Assembly: GCA_963666215.2 (NCBI GenBank)
Contig: CAXWPL010000004.1
Coordinates: forward strand, 576,001 to 640,000
DNA from: Acidobacteriota bacterium
GTDB lineage: Bacteria > Acidobacteriota > UBA890 > WLXD01
Reading direction: 5' to 3'
DNA: 64,000 nucleotides
Positions 20,314-31,259 of the stretch are shown here, piece after piece. The position numbers and the translations under genes are program-made. Numbering within the stretch: position 1 is the first letter of the stretch; each line of letters begins with the position of its first letter. The notes under the pieces were generated by a model, which saw only the letters and a list, made by a program, of their open reading frames with translations, made no database searches and was not told where the DNA came from.

Positions 20314-22085
20314 ATGATGAGCATGAGCCCCCGTTGCAGAGCATTACGCTCATGTTGGGCTGCAACACGGGCCGCGACGGCCAATACCCGAGCAGGATGT
20401 ACGGCCGGGCTCGTTCGAGGCAACGCCACTCGTGATCGACGGCGTCATGTACGTGAGCACGCCGTACAACCGCGTCGTCGCTCTCGATGCGGCGACCGGC
20501 GACGAGCTCTGGGTTTATGACCCGGGAACCACGGAGTGGGGGCAGCCGCCAAACGGCACGGGTCTCGTACACCGTGGCGTCGCGGTCTGGGAAGGCAGCG
20601 AGCCCGCGGCACCCGACAGCCAACGACGGATCTTTCTGAATACCCGTTGGCGCCTGATCGCCATCGACGCTACTACAGGCCAACCGATCGATAGCTTCGG
20701 CCACCGAGGCGAGATCGATCTCACCGAGCAGCTGCTGCGGCCGACGAACCGGCTGCACTACACCCAAACCTCGCCGCCGGTTGTCTTCGGTGACCTGGTG
20801 ATCCTCGGCAACGGTGTGTGGGACGGCTTCGTGTACAAGCAAGACCCGCCGGGCAACATTCAGGCCTTCGATGTGCGCACCGGCGAGCTGGTGTGGAACT
20901 TCAACCTGATCCCCCAGGAAGGCGAGCTCGGCAACGACACCTGGGAAGACGAATCCTGGCGTTTCACCGGGCACACGAACGTTTGGGCGCCGTTCACCCT
21001 CGATGCCGAGCGCGGGCTTCTTTACCTGCCGGTGGGCACGCCAAAGCAACGACTTCTACGGTGGCCACCGCAAGGGCAGCAACCTCTTCGCCGAGTCGCT
21101 GCTGTGCTTGCGCGCCGACACCGGCGAGTACGTCTGGCACTACCAGATCGTCCATCACGGCCTGTGGGACTGGGACCTCGGCTCGCCGCCAACGCTGATG
21201 ACGGTCACCGTCGATGGAGTGGCGATCGACGCCGTGGCGGCTCCTTCAAAAGTCGGCTTCGTCTACGCCTTTGATCGTGTGACAGGCGAGCCGCTGTGGC
21301 CCATCGAGGAGCGCGCGGTACCGGCAAGCGACGTTCCTGGTGAAGTGGCCGCGGCGACGCAGCCCTTCCCCACCCGACCGGCGCCCTTCACGCCACAAGG
21401 CCTTTCCGAAGATGTCCTCATCAACTTCACTCCGGAGCTGCGGGCGCAGGCACTCGAGACCATCGCGCCCTACCGCTACGGCGAGCTCTTCACGCCGCCG
21501 TCGCTGCAGGGGACAATCAGCCTTCCCGGCATCATCGGTGGGGCCAACTACGGCGGCGGCGCGGCCGATCCGAACGGTGTTCTCTACGTGAAGTCCACCA
21601 ACCAGGCGTTCCTGATCAAGATCAAGGAGAGCGACCCGGCGCTCGTCGAGGCCGACTACGACGCCGACCTGTCGGTTCTGAGCATCCGGTTGCCCAACGG
21701 CTTGCCACTCCTGAAGCCGCCGTACGGCACCCTTACGGCAATCGACATGAACAGCGGCGAGCACCTCTGGCAGGTGCCGGTAGGTGACTCAACGAACGTT
21801 CGTTTTCATGCGGCTCTGCGCGGAGTCGAGCTGCCCGACCGCCTCGGTGCCATCGGTCACTCCGGCCCGATCGTCACCGCGAGCGGACTCGTGTTCGTCA
21901 CCGGCGGCTCTCGCAGCCTGCATGCCTTCGACGCCAGCAGTGGTGACGAGCTCTGGTCAGCTGATCTCGGCGGGCGATCGGGAGCCAACCCGATGACCTA
22001 CGCCGCGGACGGCCGCCAGTTCGTCGTCATCGCAAGTGGCTCCGGCCGTAACGCCAAGCTCACCGCTTTCGCTCGACCGGACTAG
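20314..22085 (+). pseudogene. PQQ-dependent glucose/quinate dehydrogenase-like protein; N-terminal deletion and frameshift near 21043
   Basis: FEATPLVIDGVMYV, HRGVA, NVWAP, QIVHHGLWDWD, PPYGTLTAID, ANPMTY across two ORFs. Confidence 0.85.
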
Positions 22086-22090
22086 CGGGA

Positions 22091-22253
22091 TTGTCGGATG
22101 CCACGACGCTAGCTACCTCACTCGCGGTCCTGGGACAACGTCATGAGGTTGCCTGGCACGGCGATCGTGGGCGGCGGCCGACGCTCGTCTTCCTGCACGA
22201 TGGGCTCGGTTGCTTGTCGACGTGGCGCGACTTTCCGGCCGAGCTCTCCGCAC
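22091..22253 (+). pseudogene. Alpha/beta hydrolase N-terminus truncated by a MITE
   Basis: PTLVFLHDGLGCLSTWRDFPAEL ends at the MITE IR. Confidence 0.7.
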
Positions 22254-22384
22254 GGTACTGTCAAGTTAAGCCGATTCCCGCTCATTTCGACACCGCGCTC
22301 TGACTGAGAACGCCTGAGATTCAAGGGTTCCCGGTCCACGGATCACGCGTCTCTCCTCGGATTCCGGCTTAACTTGACAGTACC
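22254..22384. mobile_element. 131-bp non-autonomous IS6-type MITE
   Basis: Perfect 20-bp terminal IR GGTACTGTCAAGTTAAGCCG resembling the IS6 ends at 23776 and 24579; no coding capacity; no TSD. Confidence 0.85.
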
Positions 22385-22478
22385 CTTCCAGGAGCTCCAT
22401 CGACTCGGTGGCGGCGGCGACGAACACCGCCTGTAAGCGAGGTTCCAGTGTTGCGAGCGGAGGCAAGGCTACCCTCCT

Positions 22479-23719
22479 CTAGTTCATCCCGTTGGGTCTT
22501 TTCCCCGTTCGCAGCCCCGCCAGATCCGCGCCGGCGAGTCGCTGGTACAAGCGCAAACCGAATTCGGGCGCGATCGCGCCGATGTGGTCGAAGATGTCGG
22601 CCTGGATCCCTTCGTACGCGACCCAGTCGATGTCGTTGCTGAAGCAGTAGATCTCGATCGGCAGGCCTTCGGTACCCGGTTGTAGCTGCCGCACAATCAG
22701 CGTCATACCGTCGTGAATCTTCGGGTGATGCTTGAGGTAGTTGTAGATGTAGGCGCGGAAGGTGCCGATATTGGTCAGCCGCCTCAAGTTCACGCCCGAC
22801 TCGCCCGGGGCATCCAGTGCCTCGTTATACGCATTGAGCTCCGCCTCCTTGGCGTCGATGTAGCCTTTCAGCAGTGCGAAATCCTTGAAGCGTTGCACTT
22901 CCTCGTCCGTCAGAAACCGGATCGAGTTGAAATCGACGTTGATTGAGCGTTTGATGCGCCGGCCGCCCGACTCCGACATGCCGCGCCAGTTCTTGAACGA
23001 ATCGGAGATCAGCCGGTGGGTGGGAATTTTCGTGATGGTCTTGTCCCAGTTCTGCACCGTCACCGTGTAGAGCGCCACGTCGATGACGTCGCCGTCGGCG
23101 CCGAACTGCGGCACTTCGAGCCAGTGTCGCCGACCCGGATCATGTCCTGGCCGGTCAGCTGGAGGCTGGCAACCAGCGACAGCAACGTGTCCTTGAACAC
23201 GATCAAGAGCACTGCGGTCATCGCGCCCAGGCCGCTCAGCAGGATCACCGGCGAGCGGTCGATCAGCGCGGCGATCACGAGGATCGTGCCGAGGATGTAG
23301 GTCGCGACCTGGGCGAGCTGCACGAATCCCTTGATCGGCCGGTCGCGCGCGATCGGCCGACTCTCGTAGACGTGGTTGGCCGCCGACAGTGCCGCGGTGA
23401 GCGTCAGGATAATCACCAGGATCATGTAGCCGGCGGCGACGTTGCGCACTACTGCTTCGTCGGCTTCACGCAGGCCCGGCACGAGCTCGACGCCCGCAGA
23501 GATGATGATCGCCGGAATGATCTGCGCCAGGCGGCCGAACACCTTGTGCTCGACCAGCGCGTCGTCCCAGTCGGACCGCGTGCGGGTTGCAATAGCGCGG
23601 ATCGCGGTCAGCAGCAGGCGCTTCGCGACCAGGTCGGCCAAGATCGCTACCAGCAGCAAGATCAGGCTGCCGGCGACCACGGGCAGCAGCGGGTGGATAG
23701 AGGAGAGTTGGTCGAGCAT
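22479..23719 (-). CDS. ybdG: Miniconductance mechanosensitive channel (YbdG/MscM type), frameshifted near 23125
   Basis: [64 protein letters not shown]; an extra AC in GACAC shifts the frame. Confidence 0.85.
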
Positions 23720-23753
23720 TGACTTGGATTCTCTTGTCGGGTGACGGCGGGAA

Positions 23754-23775
23754 TGACCCAAACCCCGAAAACGGG
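23754..23775 (+). mobile_element. 22-bp stub of an IS3 end, identical to 16513..16534
   Basis: TGACCCAAACCCCGAAAACGGG directly abuts the IS6 IR. Confidence 0.8.
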
Positions 23776-24579
23776 GGCACTGTCAACTTAACCGCCCGGA
23801 CGCGGCCCCTGAGCAGTTTTGCGCCGGAGAGGTCGCTTCCTCAGGGGCTAGTGGCTTCCTGCCAAGCCATCATGGATCGAGCGCGCAGGAGTCGATAGTT
23901 TGCTGCTCGCAAACGGTGCCGTCCGAGCCGGAACAGATTCTGGACCATTCCGTGCACGGACGGGAAGCGTTGAGCCTGCGCAGCCGACTTGAACAGCCGC
24001 ATCTGCCGCTCCCGTTGTCGAGTCGGCTGATGCGAGCCCTCGCATCGATTGTTCGCGTAGCACGCGGTGACATGCTCCACCGAGGGCATCACCGCACGGT
24101 GCGCGGCCCCATAGCTTCCGAGCTTGTCGGTGATCAGCCATCGAGGTTCGCTCCCCTGCCCTTTCAGCAACTTGCGGAAGAACCGCTTGGCCCCGCAGGC
24201 ATTGCGCTGTCGCTGGACCAAGATGTCGATCACATCGCCATCTTGATCGACTGCACGCCAGAGGTAATGGCGCCTGCCGCGAATTCTTACGAAGACCTCG
24301 TCCAGGAACCAAGTGTCACCCAGACGACCTTGTCGCCGACGTAGCTTACGGGCGTAGCCGGGACCGAACTTCCCGCACCACCGCCGAATCGTCTCGTAGG
24401 TGACCTCGACCCCGCGCTCGGCCAGGAGATCCTCGACGTCTCGGAAGCTCAGGCAGAACCGATGGTAGAGCCAGACGGCGTGGCTGATGATCTCGATCGG
24501 GAAACGGTGTCGGCGATAGCGGCTCGCTGCGTTGGTCATCGCCCGACTCTGCCAGCATGTCCGTTAAGTTGACAATGCC
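23776..24579 (-). mobile_element. IS6-family insertion sequence (transposase 23841..24539)
   Basis: 17-bp IRs GGCACTGTCAACTTAAC / GTTAAGTTGACAATGCC; YRRHRFP, WFLDE, LWRAVD, ITDKL, NNRCEGSH; no TSD. Confidence 0.93.
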
Positions 24580-24679
24580 CCGGCTGGAGACCGAAGCTCT
24601 TCCCGATCGGCCTCGAGTCGCCGTAGTGAGCCCGCGCGAAGGCTTCGCTGAGAAGCGAAACCAGATTCGTCCGCCGCCG

Positions 24680-24700
24680 TATGTAAGGTCAGCTTACATA
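24680..24700. promoter_or_regulatory. Candidate PadR operator
   Basis: Perfect IR TATGTAAG-N5-CTTACATA 28 bp upstream of the PadR-like gene. Confidence 0.55.
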
Positions 24701-24728
24701 AGGTCGACTACTACTCGGACTGGACAAC

Positions 24729-25046
24729 ATGAATCTCCCGCCGATCACTCATCTGCAATTCCTCATCCTGAGCCAGGCTCTCACCGACGAGCTCTCCGGC
24801 CGCGAGATGCGCGAGCGACTTGCCGCGCACGGCGTGCGTCGCACCCTCGCTGCCTTCTACCAGCTCATGAGCCGTCTCGAGGAGTCTGGGCTAATCGAGG
24901 GTCGCTACGTCGCCAAGGCCATCAAGGGTCAATCGGTGCGTGAGCGCCGCTACGCCGTTACCACGGCGGGCCAAGAAGCCTATGAGGCCACGTGCCGCTT
25001 CTATCGCGTGCAGGTCGATACGCGATCGCAGGAGGCCCGCGGATGA
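24729..25046 (+). CDS. PadR-like winged-helix regulator
   Basis: LSGREMRERL...FYQLMSRLEESGLI...RRYAVTTAG. Confidence 0.75.
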   Translation: MNLPPITHLQFLILSQALTDELSGREMRERLAAHGVRRTLAAFYQLMSRLEESGLIEGRYVAKAIKGQSVRERRYAVTTAGQEAYEATCRFYRVQVDTRSQEARG

Positions 25047-27826
25047 GCGCTCGAGACGATCCGGCGAGTCGCTTCGCAGCGTCGCTGCGCCGCTGGCTAC
25101 CGACGAGCGCGCGGACACGCGTGTTCGACCCCGCGCACGAGGAGCTTCGTGCCCGCCACATCGACTCCGCAACCGGCGGCTTCCGCGCTCACGTCGATCT
25201 TCTCGCACTCTGGCTCGACTGCTGGCGCCTGGCGCTGACTTCGCGCAGTTCGCGAGGCGCGGAGCAAACACCCGTCGCAGTGCGCCACAACAAGTCTCGC
25301 CTCGCGCCACCCCATGGCGGCAACCGCCCCTCTCCAGAACGCTTCGCCCGGACGAACATCATGCAGACCTTGCTGAACGAATTTCGTTATGCCGCCCGCG
25401 CGCTACGAGCCAGCCCCGGCTTCACCGCTATCGCCGTGATCACACTGGGTATCGGCATCGGCATCAACGCGGCCATCTTCAGCGTCGTCGACACCTTCCT
25501 GTTCCGCGACCTGCAGGGCATCGACCAGCCCGACGAGATCATCTGGGTGATGACACGCACCGAACAGATGTCGCTGCTGCTCAACCAGTCGTTCCCCAAC
25601 TATCTCGATCTGCGCGAGACCAACCAGGTCTTCGAGTCGATGGTTGCCTACGGGCCGGCATCGGTTGGGATCAGCCGTGAGGACGGTGGCGCCGACCGCA
25701 TGATGGTGGCGTCGACGTCCGACAACTTCTTCGAAGCACTCGGCGTTGACGCAGCCGAAGGACGCATGTTCACCGCCGCGGAGGTCGAGACGGAAGGGGC
25801 TCCGGCGGTGATGGCGCTGTCGCACGACACCTGGCTGTCGCGTTTCGGCGGCAACCGCGATCTCGTGGGTCGCACCCTCGATGTCAACGGGGTGCCGGTG
25901 ACGCTCGCCGGAGTTGCCGATCCGGAGTTCCTGGGCATCGAGACCATGCTCGGTGTCGAGGCCTACATGCCAACGACCACGATCCAGCAGGTGAGCCCGG
26001 GCACGTCGGCGGTGGGAACTCGAAGGGCAGGCGGCTTCCGGGTTCTCGGTCGCCTGGCCGACGGTGTCTCCATCGGCGAGGCTCAGCAGGCCATGGACGT
26101 TCTCGCAGCCGAGCTCGAGCGAGACTTCCCCATCGACAACGAAGACCTCGCGATCGCCCTCCTGCCCGAAAAGCAGGGACGCCCCGATCCGTCGGTCGGC
26201 GGTGGCTTTGCCGGCATCGCGACCGTGTTCATGGGCATGGTTGGCCTGGTTCTGGCGATTGCCTGTGCCAACGTCGCCAGCATCGTGCTGGCTCGATCGA
26301 TGGGGCGCGACAAGGAGTTCGCGGTTCGTTCGGCGATCGGTGCCTCCCGCAGCCGACTCTTCGCTCAGCTCGCCAGCGAGAGTCTGATCCTCGGAGTCAG
26401 CGGAGGGCTTGTTGGCGTGGCGCTCGCGGCGTGGGGAACCGCTGGGGTGCGCGGCATCGTAGCGCAGTGGCAGATCGGCATTCCACTGCGACTCCCGATC
26501 TCGGTAGACCTTCGCCTGGCACTGTTCAGCGTGGCTCTCGCGATGCTTTCCGCTCTCGTCGCTGGTGCCCTACCGGCGTTGCGCGGCGTACGCACCGACC
26601 TGAGCGCGGTCCTCAACGAAGGCGGTCGCGGTAGCTCGGCGGGGCCCGCCCGGCAACGTCTCCGCCGCCTCATCGTCGTTGGTCAAGTGGCGGTCTCGGT
26701 GGTGCTGTTGATCGTCGCCGGCCTCTTCATCCGCAGTGTGCAGAACGCACGCAACGCCGACCTCGGCTTCCGCGTCGATAACCACCTGCTCGTCAACGTC
26801 GATCCCGGCCTGGTGGACTACACGGGAGAACCACTCTCGCTGTGGTACGACGAGCTACTCGACAGGGCTCGGGCGTTGCCGGCCGTGCGGTCGGCGGCGC
26901 TGACCTCCTCGATGCCATTCGGTATCCGCCTTGGCTTCAGCAACATCTTCGCCGAAGGTCGCGATCCCGAGGCCGCGCTCGAGTTCTCACCGTTCTTTCG
27001 CGTCAGCCCCGACTACCTCGAGACGGCGCAGACGCGGTTGTTGCAGGGCCGTGACCTCACGACGGCCGATCGCGCCGACTCCGTGTCCGTCGCGCTGGTC
27101 AACGAACAGATGGCGAAGCTCTACTGGCCCGACGAAGACCCGTTGGGCAAGCGCTTCTCGACGACCGGTGACGACGGCCCCTGGCTGGAGGTCGTGGGCG
27201 TGGTCGAGAACGGCAAGTACATGCTGATCTGGGAGGCCCCGGGTCCGGCGGTGTTCACGCCGTTTGCGCAGAGTGTCCCCGGCACCGCGACATTGCTGTT
27301 GCACACCGAGGGCAACCCGCTGCTTGCGGCGACGGAGGTTCGCCAGCTGGTAGCAGAGCTCGACGCCAGGGTCCCGATGTTCGACGTCCGCGACGGCGCC
27401 TCCTTCCTGCAGTACGGGCGCGCGTTGATGGGCGTGCGACTGGCGAGCACGCTGGTCACCGCCTTCGGTCTGGTGGGTATCGCGCTCGCCGCGATCGGGC
27501 TTTACGGCGTCATCGCCTACTCGGTGAGTCAGCGCACGCGCGAGTTCGGCGTTCGCGTGGCCATGGGAGCGGCAACCGGTAGCCTCATGCGGCTGGTGTT
27601 GCGGCAAGGCTTGATGTGGATGCTGCCCGGGGCGCTCCTGGGGCTCGTCGCCGCATTCGCCGTATCGAGGCTGGTCGCGAACCTGCTAGTGGGTACGTCA
27701 CCGACCGATCCCATCGCCTACCTCGGCGGCGGGCTCGTAGTGGTCTTGATCGCGATAGCGGCAAGCCTGGTTCCGGCCCTGCGAGCAGCGCGTGTCGACC
27801 CAGCTGAGGCACTGAGATCGGAGTAG
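25043..27826 (+). CDS. ADOP-type duplicated ABC transporter permease (MacB/FtsX x2)
   Basis: TLGIGIGINAAIFS, IACANVA, QRTREFGVRVAMGA, PALRAARVDP; ATGA overlap with the PadR gene. Confidence 0.9.
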   Translation: MSARDDPASRFAASLRRWLPTSARTRVFDPAHEELRARHIDSATGGFRAHVDLLALWLDCWRLALTSRSSRGAEQTPVAVRHNKSRLAPPHGGNRPSPERFARTNIMQTLLNEFRYAARALRASPGFTAIAVITLGIGIGINAAIFSVVDTFLFRDLQGIDQPDEIIWVMTRTEQMSLLLNQSFPNYLDLRETNQVFESMVAYGPASVGISREDGGADRMMVASTSDNFFEALGVDAAEGRMFTAAEVETEGAPAVMALSHDTWLSRFGGNRDLVGRTLDVNGVPVTLAGVADPEFLGIETMLGVEAYMPTTTIQQVSPGTSAVGTRRAGGFRVLGRLADGVSIGEAQQAMDVLAAELERDFPIDNEDLAIALLPEKQGRPDPSVGGGFAGIATVFMGMVGLVLAIACANVASIVLARSMGRDKEFAVRSAIGASRSRLFAQLASESLILGVSGGLVGVALAAWGTAGVRGIVAQWQIGIPLRLPISVDLRLALFSVALAMLSALVAGALPALRGVRTDLSAVLNEGGRGSSAGPARQRLRRLIVVGQVAVSVVLLIVAGLFIRSVQNARNADLGFRVDNHLLVNVDPGLVDYTGEPLSLWYDELLDRARALPAVRSAALTSSMPFGIRLGFSNIFAEGRDPEAALEFSPFFRVSPDYLETAQTRLLQGRDLTTADRADSVSVALVNEQMAKLYWPDEDPLGKRFSTTGDDGPWLEVVGVVENGKYMLIWEAPGPAVFTPFAQSVPGTATLLLHTEGNPLLAATEVRQLVAELDARVPMFDVRDGASFLQYGRALMGVRLASTLVTAFGLVGIALAAIGLYGVIAYSVSQRTREFGVRVAMGAATGSLMRLVLRQGLMWMLPGALLGLVAAFAVSRLVANLLVGTSPTDPIAYLGGGLVVVLIAIAASLVPALRAARVDPAEALRSE

Positions 27827-27956
27827 ACGACTGTCGACGTCGCTCCGGCAGAAAAACCTCGAAAGGCTGGCTACGAGTCCCTGAGCGCAACCATCGGATC
27901 AGCCCTTCCGGCCACCAGAGCTGGTAGGACCATGCGCGGGGGGCCGGGCGGGTGCG

Positions 27957-29156
27957 CTACTCGGCGCGCAGTGCCTCGATTGGATCCAGCAGCGAGGCGC
28001 GCCGCGCTGGGGCGACGCCGGCGATCATCCCCGTGAGCGCACTGACCAGCATGGCGATGGCAACGAACTCCACCGGCGTGTGTACCGGCAAGCCCGGTAC
28101 CGCGGTCCGTAATAGCGCGGCGATTCCGAGCCCGCCGCCAACCCCTATCAGGCCACCGACCAGCGCCAAGACCGCCGACTCGACGACGAACAGCGCTTGG
28201 ATCTGTCCAGAAGTCCCGCCGAGGGCCTTCATCAGACCGATTTCGGGGGTGCGCTCGTTGACGCTGATCCACATGATCGTCAGGATGCCGATCGAGCCGA
28301 CCAGCAAGGAGATCCCGGCGATCGCACCCACGCCGAGCGTGATGATGTTCATCACGTTGTCGAAGACTTCCATCATCTGGGCCTGCGTCGTGATGCTGAA
28401 GTCCTCCTTACCGTGACGGTCGGTCAGCAGGCGCCGCACGGCGTCCTCTACCTGCCGCTCGAGCCCGAGGTGGGTGAAGATCAGGTCGATCTCGAAGAGC
28501 TCGTCGAGGTTGAAGAGGCGCATCGCTGAGGCTACTGGGACGTAGGCCGCGTCGTCGATATCCATTCCGAGGATCTGGCCCTTCGGCTCCATGATGCCGA
28601 TGACGCGAAAGCGCTGGCCACCGATGCGCACGAAGCGGCCGAGAGCGTTGACCTCGCCAAAGAGCTCTCTCTTGAGCGTGGGCCCGAGGACAGCAACCGC
28701 CGCGCCGCGCCGCGGGTCGCCGGGCGGCAAGAAGCTCCCCTGTCGAACGTTGAACGAAAGCACCTCGGGAAACGCGTCGGTAGCGCCATAGATGTAGACA
28801 CTGCGACCGCGACCCTCCGCCTCGACCCGAGCCGAGCCCATGGCGAACGGTGCCACGCGCTCCACCCCCGGCAAGCGCGACAATGCTACGGCGTCGTCGA
28901 TGGTCAGCTTTTTGGTGGTGCCACCAAGCACGCCAGGAATGCCGATGGTTTCCTGCTTGCCCGGGTTGATTCCGATGAGGTTAGTGCCGAACTGGGTGAA
29001 CTGGTCGAGCACGTAGCGACGAGTGCCCTCGCCGATCGAGGTCAACAGGATGACGGCGCCGATGCCGATGGCGATCCCGAGCATCGACAGCGCGGTGCGC
29101 AGCCGATGGCTCTGTAACGCGCCGAGCGAGAGCGTCAGGAGGTCGCGAGTCGCCAT
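27957..29156 (-). CDS. MacB/FtsX-type ABC transporter permease
   Basis: LRTALSMLGIAIG, ERTPEIGLMKALG, ARRASLLDPIEALRAE. Confidence 0.9.
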   Translation of the reverse strand: MATRDLLTLSLGALQSHRLRTALSMLGIAIGIGAVILLTSIGEGTRRYVLDQFTQFGTNLIGINPGKQETIGIPGVLGGTTKKLTIDDAVALSRLPGVERVAPFAMGSARVEAEGRGRSVYIYGATDAFPEVLSFNVRQGSFLPPGDPRRGAAVAVLGPTLKRELFGEVNALGRFVRIGGQRFRVIGIMEPKGQILGMDIDDAAYVPVASAMRLFNLDELFEIDLIFTHLGLERQVEDAVRRLLTDRHGKEDFSITTQAQMMEVFDNVMNIITLGVGAIAGISLLVGSIGILTIMWISVNERTPEIGLMKALGGTSGQIQALFVVESAVLALVGGLIGVGGGLGIAALLRTAVPGLPVHTPVEFVAIAMLVSALTGMIAGVAPARRASLLDPIEALRAE

Positions 29157-29157
29157 G

Positions 29158-30360
29158 TCAGCCTCGTAGTGCGGCGATGGGGTCGAGCCGGGTGGCGTGC
29201 CGCGCCGGCAGCACACCGAAGATGGCGCCTACACCGAGCGAGACACCGGCGGCCGCGGCAACCGCCCAGGCAGGAGGCGCCGCGGAGAAACCCGGGTACG
29301 CTGCCAGCAGGGCTTCGATCGCCAGCCAGCCGGTGAGCAGGCCCACGGCACCGCCGGCCGCGGACAGCATGATCGACTCCACCAGGAAGGCGGCGAGGAT
29401 TTGGCGCGGATGCGCGCCGATGGCTTTCAGTAGGCCAATCTCGTGTGTCCGCTCGCTGACCGAAACGAGCATGACGTTCATGATTCCGATTCCCGCCACG
29501 GTCAGCGAGATCGCGGCGATGCCGACGACTGCGGCAGTGAGCGCCGCGAAGATCTGCGAGAAGGCCGAAGCCACGGCGTCTTGGGTGACGATCGTGAAGT
29601 CCTCGTCGCCATCATGGCGATCACGCAGCACCTCGCCAATCATGAGCTCCGCCGCCTCGATCTCGGTGTAGACCCGCACCGAGACCAGCAGTCGGAAAAG
29701 CGACGTCCGGTTGAACAAGCGCATCGCGGTGGCGACCGGAACAATGACCACGTCGTCGAAGTCGACACCAATCGCGACGCCGCGTTGCGCCATCACACCG
29801 ATCACACGCATGCGAAACTCGCCGATTCGTAGCACCTGGCCCACGGGTTCGATCCCGGGGAACAGCTCGCGCGCCGACTTGGGTCCGAGCACAGCCACCG
29901 ACGTGCCGCGATCCCAGTCGCCAGTGGGGAGAAACCGGCCCGAGCGCATCGACAGATCGCGCACCTCGAGCATCTCCGCCGTGGCACCGAGGATCGCTAC
30001 CTGCCGGCTGCGCTCACCGAACGACACCGTCTCGTTGCCCATCGCCACCGGCGACAGCGCCCGGATCTGCCGCACGCGTCGCAACACCGCGACAGCGTCG
30101 TCGATGGTCAGGTCGTTGGGCGTGCCGCCGAAACCGGGCATTCCACCGGTTGTCTCGGTGCGTCCCGGCACGACGATCAGGAGGTTCGTGCCGAGCGAGG
30201 CGAACTGATCGGTGACGTAGCGGCGGGCCCCCTCGCCGAGTGCCGTGAGCATGATCACCGCCGCGACGCCAATGGCGACGCCAAGCATGCTCAGGACGGT
30301 GCGCAGCCCGTGGCCGCGCAACGCGCTGGCGGCGAACCGCAGAACGTCGAGCGCGCTCAT
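29158..30360 (-). CDS. MacB/FtsX-type ABC transporter permease
   Basis: GIGIMNVMLVSVSERTHEIGLLKAIGA. Confidence 0.9.
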   Translation of the reverse strand: MSALDVLRFAASALRGHGLRTVLSMLGVAIGVAAVIMLTALGEGARRYVTDQFASLGTNLLIVVPGRTETTGGMPGFGGTPNDLTIDDAVAVLRRVRQIRALSPVAMGNETVSFGERSRQVAILGATAEMLEVRDLSMRSGRFLPTGDWDRGTSVAVLGPKSARELFPGIEPVGQVLRIGEFRMRVIGVMAQRGVAIGVDFDDVVIVPVATAMRLFNRTSLFRLLVSVRVYTEIEAAELMIGEVLRDRHDGDEDFTIVTQDAVASAFSQIFAALTAAVVGIAAISLTVAGIGIMNVMLVSVSERTHEIGLLKAIGAHPRQILAAFLVESIMLSAAGGAVGLLTGWLAIEALLAAYPGFSAAPPAWAVAAAAGVSLGVGAIFGVLPARHATRLDPIAALRG

Positions 30361-31250
30361 GCCCTCGCGCCTTTCTCAGCTGCCCCGGTCTCCGCGACCT
30401 CCTCGATCTGTCCGCTGTCCCGCGCGTTCTCGGTGGCCTCGGCGCTCTCGGGCGGCTCGGCGCTCTCGTCGCCCTGGACGTGCTCCGCGTTCTCGGCGTT
30501 CTCGGCGTTCTCGGCGGCTTGGGCGTCTTGGGCGTTCTCGGCGAACGCTATGTAGGGATTCACTTCGCCCAGGTCGTCACCACGGATGCGGCTAACGATG
30601 CGACCGTCGACCAGCGTGATCACCCGATCGGCGCGCCGCGCAACGTTCGGATCGTGGGTCACGACGATCAGCGTCATGCCGCCGGCGCACAGCTCGTCGA
30701 GGAGCTCGAGAACCTGACGGCCCGAGCGGCTGTCGAGATTGCCCGTGGGCTCGTCGGCGAGCAGCACCTTCGGCCCCATGGCGGTGGCTCTGGCAATAGC
30801 AACGCGCTGGCGCTCTCCCCCCGACAGCTGGTCGGGCCGATGATCGGCGCGGTCGGCCATGTTGACCACAGCCAACGCCCGCTGCGCACGGTCGCGACGC
30901 TCCCGGCGAGCGACTCCCGCGAAGACCATGGGTAGCTCGACGTTGGCGACGGCATCGAGTCGCGCCACCAGATGGAACGACTGGAAGATGAAGCCGATGT
31001 GATGACGGCGGATCTCGGCGAGCTCTGACTCGTCGAGGTCGCCGACTTCGCGCCCGTCGAGCTGATACGACCCCCGCGTTGGGCGATCGAGACAGCCAAT
31101 GAGATTGAGGAGCGTCGACTTACCGGATCCCGACGGGCCCATGACGGCAACGTGCTCGGCGTCGACGAGAGTCTCGTCCACTTCGCGCAACGCGTGCAGG
31201 GGCCGCCCGCCAACGTCGTAGGTGCGCCAGATATCGCGCAGTTGAATCAT
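30357..31250 (-). CDS. ABC transporter ATP-binding protein (LolD/MacB-like) with acidic low-complexity tail
   Basis: [27 protein letters not shown]; AEN repeats in the tail. Confidence 0.92.
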   Translation of the reverse strand: MIQLRDIWRTYDVGGRPLHALREVDETLVDAEHVAVMGPSGSGKSTLLNLIGCLDRPTRGSYQLDGREVGDLDESELAEIRRHHIGFIFQSFHLVARLDAVANVELPMVFAGVARRERRDRAQRALAVVNMADRADHRPDQLSGGERQRVAIARATAMGPKVLLADEPTGNLDSRSGRQVLELLDELCAGGMTLIVVTHDPNVARRADRVITLVDGRIVSRIRGDDLGEVNPYIAFAENAQDAQAAENAENAENAEHVQGDESAEPPESAEATENARDSGQIEEVAETGAAEKGARA

Positions 31251-31259
31251 AGCGGCAGC

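Noticed and set aside
30420-30545. 9-bp tandem repeats in the ABC ATPase tail (similar ones near 37463, 54635, 58130)
   Set aside because: Units are multiples of 3 and encode low-complexity linkers, so they cannot switch frame.
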